Positions 56,951-64,000 of a DNA stretch of 64,000 nucleotides are shown piece after piece. The position numbers and the translations under genes are program-made. The DNA is taken from IMG/VR virus record IMGVR_UViG_3300036985_005814, positions 6,328 to 70,327 of that record, one strand, 5' to 3'. This stretch comes from a virus. Each line of letters starts with the position of its first letter. Position 1 is the stretch's first letter. The notes under the pieces were generated by a model. It was not told the DNA's origin and did not search any database. It saw nothing but the letters and a program-made list of their open reading frames with translations.

Positions 56951-57268
56951 ATGGCTTACTCTTGTTCTCAACCTTTTGATTTCAGCGAAACCGCAACAGG
57001 AATCTCTCTGATCTGGGATCACCCAACTTTCGGCCCCATTCCTTTCCTGGCGATGCCCAACGACGTGGAACCACACGGAGTTGAAATTTACTACGAAGCT
57101 TTAGCCGGTGAATACGGACCTGTGGTTTCCTACGCAGATTCCCACTGGTATTCCACAGTGGACGGAAATGTGTGGCAAGGTCAAACTTACGGTGTGGGCG
57201 GTTTGATGATTTCCCCGACCGGAGTGCAACCTCCCAACTCAACTCAAACACCTCCCCCACAATCTTGA
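56951..57268 (+). CDS. tail fibre assembly chaperone-like protein
   Basis: IPFLAMPNDVEPHG.EIY..ALAGEYGPV; ATG 29 nt after GGGTAAAA. Confidence 0.65.
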   Translation: MAYSCSQPFDFSETATGISLIWDHPTFGPIPFLAMPNDVEPHGVEIYYEALAGEYGPVVSYADSHWYSTVDGNVWQGQTYGVGGLMISPTGVQPPNSTQTPPPQS

Positions 57269-57274
57269 TTCAAA

Positions 57275-57613
57275 ATGTTACAACCTCAAGAACTATTCGT
57301 CAGCTGGGACGGCAATGGCTGGCGTCAATCCCCCTTTAAGTGGGACGAGTCCCTCGAGAATTCACAGGCATACATGAACTCTCAGATGGACTCTTTTGCC
57401 TACACAATCCTCTCTCCAACCGACTGGTATGTCACCCGCCAGGTTGAAGCGGGCGTTCCTGTTCCCGCAGAAATGGGGGCGTGGCGGCAGGAGATTCGAG
57501 ACGCGGCCAGAATCAAGAGGCAAAGTGTCATGGAATGCGATACGAAAGAAGAGCTGAATACCTACACCACGAGCGAAGAATACCTGTTCTGGCCGGATCA
57601 ACCTCAAGTCTGA
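57275..57613 (+). CDS. tail fibre assembly chaperone-like protein
   Basis: LSPTDWYV.R..E.G..VP...WRQEIR...WP. Confidence 0.7.
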   Translation: MLQPQELFVSWDGNGWRQSPFKWDESLENSQAYMNSQMDSFAYTILSPTDWYVTRQVEAGVPVPAEMGAWRQEIRDAARIKRQSVMECDTKEELNTYTTSEEYLFWPDQPQV

Positions 57614-57667
57614 GCGAACTGAGGGTAAAAGTAGGAATCAAAGTAGACAGACCGAACGGGTGCCGTA

Positions 57668-58345
57668 ATGCCTACGCTTATTTTTCCTTCGTCGCCTGTT
57701 AACGGACAAATATATCCGGAACAAGCAATACCGGGAGTAAACCAGTATCAATACGATCAGCAATCGGATACCTGGGTGTTAGTTCAAACTAGCGGTCCTT
57801 CCGGCCCCCCTGGACCACCGGGTCCTGCTGGGACTCCGGGTTCACCTGGGCCAACAGGACCGAATGGCCCCACGGGACCAACTGGACCTACCGGTAATAA
57901 CGGGACTCCGGGTTCACCTGGGCCAGCAGGCCCACCGGGACCTCCGGGGCCTGGCGCGTCACTCGCACCAACTGTTTTTTCTGTCACTACGAATTTACTC
58001 GCACCGGGGGAGACACAGGATTTTTCCAGTGCGGACCCAGGCAATATTTACGAACTTCTGGTCGTCGAGAGCAATACTCCGGCGTGGCTTCGCGTGTATA
58101 GCAGCGCAGCAGCTCGTTCAGCAGACACACGTATTGCGCCCGGTGGAACTCCACCGCTTTCCGGTACCGGTTTTTTCGCAGAGCTTGCTACAACTTCCTC
58201 CCCTGAGACGATTGAGTTTGCGCCTGTTCCCCTCGTTCAAACCTCCGGATTAACCTACTTTCGTGTTGTAAACACAGACGTTGTCCCTCAAACGATCACC
58301 CTTACGTTTACGGTTTTGGTATTTTACACCGCAGGCCCCGGTTAA
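57668..58345 (+). CDS. collagen-like fibre protein
   Basis: [10 protein letters not shown]-terminus; about 18 G-X-Y triplets. Confidence 0.75.
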   Translation: MPTLIFPSSPVNGQIYPEQAIPGVNQYQYDQQSDTWVLVQTSGPSGPPGPPGPAGTPGSPGPTGPNGPTGPTGPTGNNGTPGSPGPAGPPGPPGPGASLAPTVFSVTTNLLAPGETQDFSSADPGNIYELLVVESNTPAWLRVYSSAAARSADTRIAPGGTPPLSGTGFFAELATTSSPETIEFAPVPLVQTSGLTYFRVVNTDVVPQTITLTFTVLVFYTAGPG

Positions 58346-58390
58346 ACAAGGGGGTAAAGCTAATTAACTAATCGTTGTTTTCACTCAGTC

Positions 58391-59422
58391 ATGGCAGTTA
58401 CAAAAGAAGTTTACACGCTGACCGCCGGTTTCACACCCGCCAGCGTCATCGGAATCCTGGAGCAGGCTTTCATCGACGCCGGCTTGATGACCGGATGGCA
58501 TGATTCTTTTTCTAGTGGTGGCAAGGGGTTTGGAGTTCTTGAGTGCGTTTACGACCCGACAAAAACGTTCGGAACCACTTATTACCTTTTTACTGCGGAC
58601 GCTAACCGAGTTGGCGTAAGTGTAGGAACAGGTTGGGACACTGTAACCAACACATTCACGGGGACTCAGTTCCTCGACTACTACGTACAACCCCCGAATA
58701 CTGAACCGTACTTGAATTATAGGGGTACGAATATCACAACTCCCCTGGAGTATTACAACACGAGTGCTCTCTCCCTGTACCGGTACACGTCGACAGCCAG
58801 CGTTAATCAAAGTTGGTTCGTGTTTCAACAGGGCTTGTCTGTAAGCAACCCCTTTGCCATTCACCACCCGGCGCAATCTCTCTACTCATGGCTGGACCTC
58901 GATCTTGGGATGATTCCAGGTCTTTATACGGTTGCAACGTCTACAGTTAACACCACGGGTAACACATCTTTCTACATGCAGGAGAACCTTCTCCGTGCGT
59001 ACCCTTGTGGCCAAGCTATTATCGGTTACACGAACACAAGCTATGGGGGCTCAGTCTTTAGTGGTCTTAATCTGGGAATGTACTCTTACGTAGGCTCAGG
59101 AAAAACGAGTGATAACGCTATCAACAACCTCTCCTTTGGAGCAAACGGAAAAACAGTTCTCCCAATCGCGTCTGCCGCCGCAAACCCTGCATACACCCAG
59201 GATTACAACCCGATTTGCTCCGAACTCCCCTGGACTTCTTTCTCGCCGGGTCCACTAGCCACGGATTTTGGTGTCTACATGCACTACGCGAACAACACTC
59301 TAAACTTTGAAGATCGGTTCGTGGTTGACCCTGGTGTGGAAGAGTGGGAAATTCTTGATTGCACAAATAATTTCGTGGTGACAACGGCTGCGAGCCCAAC
59401 GTTCATTGCCCGTGTGGTCTGA
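58391..59422 (+). CDS. putative tail-associated protein
   Basis: 343-aa ORF after GGGTAAAG. Confidence 0.6.
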   Translation: MAVTKEVYTLTAGFTPASVIGILEQAFIDAGLMTGWHDSFSSGGKGFGVLECVYDPTKTFGTTYYLFTADANRVGVSVGTGWDTVTNTFTGTQFLDYYVQPPNTEPYLNYRGTNITTPLEYYNTSALSLYRYTSTASVNQSWFVFQQGLSVSNPFAIHHPAQSLYSWLDLDLGMIPGLYTVATSTVNTTGNTSFYMQENLLRAYPCGQAIIGYTNTSYGGSVFSGLNLGMYSYVGSGKTSDNAINNLSFGANGKTVLPIASAAANPAYTQDYNPICSELPWTSFSPGPLATDFGVYMHYANNTLNFEDRFVVDPGVEEWEILDCTNNFVVTTAASPTFIARVV

Positions 59423-59424
59423 AG

Positions 59425-60636
59425 ATGGCCACCTTTCCGATTAGCGACGACCGAATCAACCTTGATCTGTTCCCTTCGGAACCGTGCCCGACTCTGCCAA
59501 CTCAGGGTCAGATTTGGCCGCAAGGTTTGTTTCTTGGATCCTACGCCAATCTTTCTATCCCAACACCCCCTCCCCCTGCGGAACCGCCAATACCCCTGCA
59601 GGATGTTGCTTACAGCAAAAATGATGTTTGGTGGTCCGGGTTTGACCCTGCGTACGAAACGCCACTGGGCAATCCCTCTTTCTGGGATGGGTTGGCTACC
59701 CAGGGTGGTGCTGTGGCTCAAGGCGGCTATATCAAGATGGATCTTGGGCAAATTTACACAGTAGACAGGATCTTCATAGGATCTTGGTACAATGGGTTTG
59801 TTCCGCCGTGGTCAGTTACAAACAGTAATGATGTGTTGTATTCTGTTGACGGTACAACATGGTCGACAGCTTTTAGCCTTGTGGGGGAATTTACGGATAC
59901 TTCGATAAAACAGTTCAACGTTAATCTTGAGGCTCGATATTTTGCGATTAAGAATATCAATTTCGACGACTACATAGGGGCAAGTGAATTTTATGCTCTT
60001 GCACCAGGTCAGGTGCTTACTGATCCCTACTGGACTGATGTTACCCGTCTGTATAGTTTCTCCAATGCACCTATCACCGACGCAAGTTTGTCCGAAAGCA
60101 ATCCTACCTTAGTGAATGACGTTCAGGTTGTTAATGATCAGTCACCTTTTGCGGGAGGGGGCTCATCCGCATACTTTAATGGAACGTCAAGCTACATCGA
60201 AATTCCAACTATTAGTCTTAGTTCTTTTACCGATTTGACAGTAGAGTTCTGGATTCGTCCCGAGGAAGGATCTAGAATACACACTGTTCTGATCGACAAC
60301 CCTAACTATGCCAGCAAAGATCGAATCTTGGTCGATAACTTCAATAAATTCATTGTAAGCAACAACAACGATGGGCCGACTGTCACACCCGGTGTCTGGC
60401 ATCACTTGGCTTTTGTTAGAAGTTCGAACGTTGAAAAAGGTTATGTAAATGGCGTTGGCTATACATATGGAGTCGAGACTGTGGCGCGTAGTTACGATCG
60501 AATTGGAAACGTTATTGCAGACGGAAGTCCTGTTTGGTATTTGAAAGGCTGGTTGTCTAACATGCGGATCACCCCTGGCATTGCACGCTATACGGCCGAC
60601 TTCACCCCACCCACCGCACCATTCCCTAACAGTTAA
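59425..60636 (+). CDS. carbohydrate-binding protein: discoidin (F5/8C) plus LamG domains
   Basis: IKMDLG...YSVDGTTW...ARYF; DLTVEFWI...WHHLAFVR...RIT.GIARYT.DFTPP. Confidence 0.8.
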   Translation: MATFPISDDRINLDLFPSEPCPTLPTQGQIWPQGLFLGSYANLSIPTPPPPAEPPIPLQDVAYSKNDVWWSGFDPAYETPLGNPSFWDGLATQGGAVAQGGYIKMDLGQIYTVDRIFIGSWYNGFVPPWSVTNSNDVLYSVDGTTWSTAFSLVGEFTDTSIKQFNVNLEARYFAIKNINFDDYIGASEFYALAPGQVLTDPYWTDVTRLYSFSNAPITDASLSESNPTLVNDVQVVNDQSPFAGGGSSAYFNGTSSYIEIPTISLSSFTDLTVEFWIRPEEGSRIHTVLIDNPNYASKDRILVDNFNKFIVSNNNDGPTVTPGVWHHLAFVRSSNVEKGYVNGVGYTYGVETVARSYDRIGNVIADGSPVWYLKGWLSNMRITPGIARYTADFTPPTAPFPNS

Positions 60637-60663
60637 TGTTTCACCTCTTATAGGCAGAACAAC

Positions 60664-61137
60664 ATGGCAACTTTTCCGATTGGCGATGACTTCATTTATA
60701 ACCTCGTTAGCACCACATCGTTCAACGAGGTGTCTAACGGTAGCCAGGGGGAACTGTTGCCACGGTCTTGGCCTGCGCAGGAGCAACTCAATCTACAAAC
60801 GCTCTCATCTCTCACACCACTACTCAATCAGACGAGCCAAGTTTCCGTCCGCACCTGGCCAGCGCAGGAGCAACTCAATCTACAAACGCTCTCATCTCTC
60901 ACACCACTACTCAATCAGACGAGCCAAGTTTCCGTCCGCACTTGGCCAGCTCAGGGAGAACTCAATCTACAAACGCTCTCGTCCCTCACACCGCTAGTCA
61001 ACCAGACAAGTCAAGTATCAGTTCGAACCTACGTTGCAACAAGCACGTTGAGCATGAACTTCTCGGGCTCGCCTACTTGCAACTGGCCAACACTGCCGAC
61101 TACAGGACAAATTTGGCCGCTGGATAACTACTTTTAG
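60664..61137 (+). CDS. repeat-containing protein related to the N-terminus of 59425
   Basis: MATFPI.DD start, three 29-aa repeats, PTLPT.GQIWP. Confidence 0.65.
   Translation: MATFPIGDDFIYNLVSTTSFNEVSNGSQGELLPRSWPAQEQLNLQTLSSLTPLLNQTSQVSVRTWPAQEQLNLQTLSSLTPLLNQTSQVSVRTWPAQGELNLQTLSSLTPLVNQTSQVSVRTYVATSTLSMNFSGSPTCNWPTLPTTGQIWPLDNYF
60769..61029 (+). repeat. 87-bp tandem repeat, 3 copies
   Basis: Units start at 60769, 60856 and 60943 (WPAQEQLNLQTLSSLTPLLNQTSQVSVRT). Confidence 0.9.
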
Positions 61138-61200
61138 GTTTGCATTCTTTGTCTCACCCCCGTTACGGGTAAAATTCACCATAAGGGCTAAATAACTTCA

Positions 61201-61712
61201 ATGGCAATTAGTAAAGTTGAACTCTTGAACGACACGGGTGTAACGCCCGGTAGTTACACTTTTGCCGATCTAACGATCGGTTCGGACGGTAGAATCACCA
61301 GCGCCTCGTCTAACCCTTCGGGAGGATCTATTCCCGTAGGTGGAATTATCATATGGTCAGGCACGATTGCCTCTATTCCCTCGGGTTGGCGCCTTTGCGA
61401 CGGGTCACTTGGGGCACCCGACCTTCGAGATCGCTTTATTATTGGTGCCGGAGATCTTTACGATCCGGATGATAGTGGCGGGTCCGCAGATGCAGTGGTT
61501 GTAAGTCACTCTCACACAGTCACTCCTTCTGGCAGCTCGTTCGCAAGATTTGTTGTTGACGACTCCGACTCCCCCCGGAAATTACCATTGGCAACGGAAC
61601 AAGATATGCGAACCTGCAGTCCACTGTGAACACAAGTACTGCAGGGGGGTCAGGCGTTAACCAAAACCTCCCCCCTTACTACGCTCTTGCGTATATCATA
61701 CGAGTTTCTTAA
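61201..61712 (+). CDS. short fibre with collar domain, frameshifted at a C6 run (61571-61576)
   Basis: IPVGGIIIWSG...GWRLCDG...PDLRDRF collar; the expected ending NLPPYYALAYII lies in the -1 frame, with stop at 61710-61712. Confidence 0.8.
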
Positions 61713-61853
61713 AAATTCAAGCCCAAACCAGAGGAACTATCCGACTTGAAGTAACGATGCAGGTTCTCAGGAGCTTCACATTCACCGGAACCTTTACTCC
61801 GGTTGGCACTGGCGAGGACGATTGCGTACTTTGCCGTTCTATAATGAATCTCT
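61709..61853 (-). pseudogene. 3' remnant of a homologue of the 63337-64000 gene
   Basis: Translates [22 protein letters not shown]...LNF*; 41 bp identical (61789-61829 = 63417-63457). Confidence 0.85.
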
Positions 61854-61934
61854 CACACGACCCTGGGGGGTAAAATTCAGTAACGCTTACTAGATCGCGA
61901 ACTCTTCACCCAAACTTGAATTTAGGTTACGCCG

Positions 61935-62732
61935 ATGGCACTCGACAAAGTTCAGTTACTCAACAACACAGGTGTAACTGCGGGAAGTTACGTCAACCCG
62001 AACCTGACCGTAACCTCTGACGGTAGAATTTCGAGTATCACTTCGGACCCAACTCCAGGCCCTCCCGGCACACCAGGAACTGATGGAACACCGGGAACAC
62101 CAGGAACCCCTGGTACTGATGGAACACCGGGTGGCCCAGGTCCTTCAGGTGACCCAGGAACCCCTGGTACTGATGGAACACCAGGAACCCCTGGTACTGA
62201 TGGAACACCGGGTGGCCCAGGTCCTTCAGGTGACCCAGGAACCCCTGGTACTGATGGAACACCGGGAACACCAGGAACCCCTGGTACTGATGGAACACCG
62301 GGTGGCCCAGGTCCTTCAGGTGACCCAGGAACCCCTGGTACTGATGGAACACCGGGAACTCCTGGAACCCCTGGTACTGATGGAACACCGGGTGGCCCAG
62401 GTCCTTCAGGTGACCCAGGAACCCCTGGTACTGATGGAACACCGGGAACTCCTGGAACCCCTGGAACCCCCGGAACCCCCGGAACTATCGGAACCCCCTT
62501 CTACCTTGACGACATAAGTTCTTCATTTAACGGAACGACTACGGTTTTCACTTTACAAGTTGGATCGGTCAATCTACCTTCAACAATTGTTCAGACAAAT
62601 CTGCTCCTGTTCGTTGGGGGTTCTATTCAACGTCCGGGAATTGGTTTCACATGGAACTCATCAACTAGCCAAGTAACCTTTACCAGTGCCCCCTCAACTG
62701 GGGCTTCTTTTGCGGGATGGGCTTTCCCGTGA
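61935..62732 (+). CDS. collagen-like fibre protein
   Basis: Shared [18 protein letters not shown]-terminus, long G-X-Y tract, [11 protein letters not shown]-terminal domain. Confidence 0.8.
   Translation: MALDKVQLLNNTGVTAGSYVNPNLTVTSDGRISSITSDPTPGPPGTPGTDGTPGTPGTPGTDGTPGGPGPSGDPGTPGTDGTPGTPGTDGTPGGPGPSGDPGTPGTDGTPGTPGTPGTDGTPGGPGPSGDPGTPGTDGTPGTPGTPGTDGTPGGPGPSGDPGTPGTDGTPGTPGTPGTPGTPGTIGTPFYLDDISSSFNGTTTVFTLQVGSVNLPSTIVQTNLLLFVGGSIQRPGIGFTWNSSTSQVTFTSAPSTGASFAGWAFP
62057..62495 (+). repeat. collagen-coding tandem repeat
   Basis: Four copies of a 54-nt unit at 62103, 62184, 62274 and 62364, plus shorter GTP/GTD units. Confidence 0.9.
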
Positions 62733-62788
62733 GCCGCTTCCTTCTAGGCTATAAGGGTAAAATTCACCATAATGGCTAAATAACTTCA

Positions 62789-63340
62789 ATGGCACTTGAT
62801 AAAGTTCAACTGCTTAACGATACGGGTGTGACGGCAGGTAGTTACGTTAACCCTAACCTTACGGTAACTTCCGACGGCAGGATTACCAGCATTACTTCGG
62901 ATCCTACGCCGGGACCAACTGGGCCGACAGGCCCGACGGGTCCCACAGGCCCCACGGGAGGTGAGGGACCGCCGGGACCGACAGGCCCGACGGGTCCAAC
63001 TGGCCCCACTGGAGGCGGGGGACCTCCGGGACCGCCAGGACCGGTTTCTGTTCCGGGTGTGTCAGCTGTCGGCGATTTCTCTATATTGTCCTTTACGGGG
63101 TCTATTTCTGGTGGTATCACGGAAATAAACCTGGGGGATTTAACGTCCGGCTGGCAATATTCAGGTTACCAGCTTGTAGGCTGGTCTTCCATCGAGCCGG
63201 CGGCAACTGGAACCGCTGTCTGGACCAGCGAAGCCGGGTCGGCTGGAGGAACGTGGCAAGCACGTTCTTATGCCGCACCGGTCTATCCGCAAACCCTCAC
63301 CGGCTGGAGACTTTACGCACTTTTCTGCAGAATTGCTTAA
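62789..63340 (+). CDS. collagen-like fibre protein
   Basis: Shared N-terminus, G-P-T tract, GTW...RIA C-terminus. Confidence 0.8.
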   Translation: MALDKVQLLNDTGVTAGSYVNPNLTVTSDGRITSITSDPTPGPTGPTGPTGPTGPTGGEGPPGPTGPTGPTGPTGGGGPPGPPGPVSVPGVSAVGDFSILSFTGSISGGITEINLGDLTSGWQYSGYQLVGWSSIEPAATGTAVWTSEAGSAGGTWQARSYAAPVYPQTLTGWRLYALFCRIA

Positions 63341-64000
63341 AAATCAAGACTCAACTCCGACGGATCTTGCGTCTGAAACGAACCGTATAAACTGTCAGGA
63401 GTTTCATATTCACCGCAACCTTTACTCCGGTTGGCACTGGCGAGGACGATTGCGTACCTCGCCTTTTCATTATGGAATCTCTTCCAGGACTCCCAAAGCG
63501 TTTCGAGTCGAAACTTCTTCGCAGTCGGGGGCCCAACCAGCGCGATGTCTGTGTACTTCAACTTGTTTTCGGTAAGAAAACAATCTGCAATTTCTGAGAA
63601 TGTGGTTCCGACATGGTCTACATCTGTCGCTACGCCTGGTCTAAGTTTCTTTCCGGTTATACAACAAATAATTGGGAAGTTCACCGAGTCGCGAAAAAGT
63701 TTCATTTGATGGAGAATACCTCCGCGCATTGCGCGTTTAACATTGTTGTAATGCTTTTCTTCGGGTGTTGCCGTCGTCGCAATCTTCTTGGTCGGATACA
63801 GAGCCTCAACCAACTTGCTCTTTGAAATAGGCTGGCGAGTTCCACCCCGCTCGAGTGAAAGCATCTTCACACGTCGCCCACCTGCGATTTCAACGTTGCG
63901 TAGGTAGACGCAAGTTTCCGGATCTCCTCCGAGTTTCCCCCACTGCTCTGTCAAACGGCAGCTTCGCAGAATGAACTCGGCGGGTTCACCGCAGAGGCGA
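63337..64000 (-). CDS. DCL/DUF3223-like protein with HNH-like C-terminus (5' end probably outside the window)
   Basis: AMR..I..Q...CCITG...DVDH...F..I...W..FH...ANRSKG; frame stays open to the window edge. Confidence 0.55.
   Translation of the reverse strand, partial: RLCGEPAEFILRSCRLTEQWGKLGGDPETCVYLRNVEIAGGRRVKMLSLERGGTRQPISKSKLVEALYPTKKIATTATPEEKHYNNVKRAMRGGILHQMKLFRDSVNFPIICCITGKKLRPGVATDVDHVGTTFSEIADCFLTENKLKYTDIALVGPPTAKKFRLETLWESWKRFHNEKARYAIVLASANRSKGCGEYETPDSLYGSFQTQDPSELSLDF

Noticed and set aside
60769-62495. Tandem repeats as a CRISPR array
   Set aside because: Units are contiguous, in-frame coding repeats without unique spacers, and no cas genes are present
55316-63340. Invertible (Gin/Cin-type) fibre switch
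   Set aside because: All cassettes are in direct orientation; no invertase or inverted crossover sites seen
61709-63460. Duplicated segment as a diversity-generating retroelement TR/VR pair
   Set aside because: No reverse transcriptase in the window, and the differences are not confined to adenines
1-64000. Stop-codon reassignment
   Set aside because: Long genes are intact in the standard code, and TAA, TGA and TAG all occur as stops
1-64000. tRNA or rRNA genes
   Set aside because: No cloverleaf with a T-loop consensus and no rRNA-like sequence noticed in the short intergenic gaps (by eye only)

Overview
This window is a 64-kb piece of a large lytic, contractile-tailed phage genome. The host is probably a cyanobacterium (inference from PhoH, an acyl-lipid desaturase, a 2OG-Fe(II) oxygenase and cyanophage-type structural repeats). 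It encodes a mitochondrial-type DNA polymerase gamma homologue and a Mu-like head module (portal, protease/scaffold, gpF-like, cement, major capsid, gp36/gp37-like). It also carries sheath, tube and baseplate genes, a terminase, a ~10-kb block of probable virion cargo proteins, and many fibre and collagen-like genes. Signals the ORF track misses: (1) an 890-nt group I intron with an HNH ORF inserted after codon 3 of the major capsid gene; (2) a GGGTAAAA-type motif about 30-35 nt upstream of ~24 genes, probably a phage late promoter; (3) five proteins sharing an N-terminal leader (G-x-F-S...Q-F...Y-[AST]-E), a candidate capsid-targeting signal, beside two proteins that share a Cys4 domain fused to a kinase or an HNH-like domain; (4) a -1 slippery site in the tail chaperone gene; (5) an expanding fibre-gene cassette array with a poly-C frameshift and a duplicated gene remnant. 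Family assignments come from motif recognition by eye; no database search was run.
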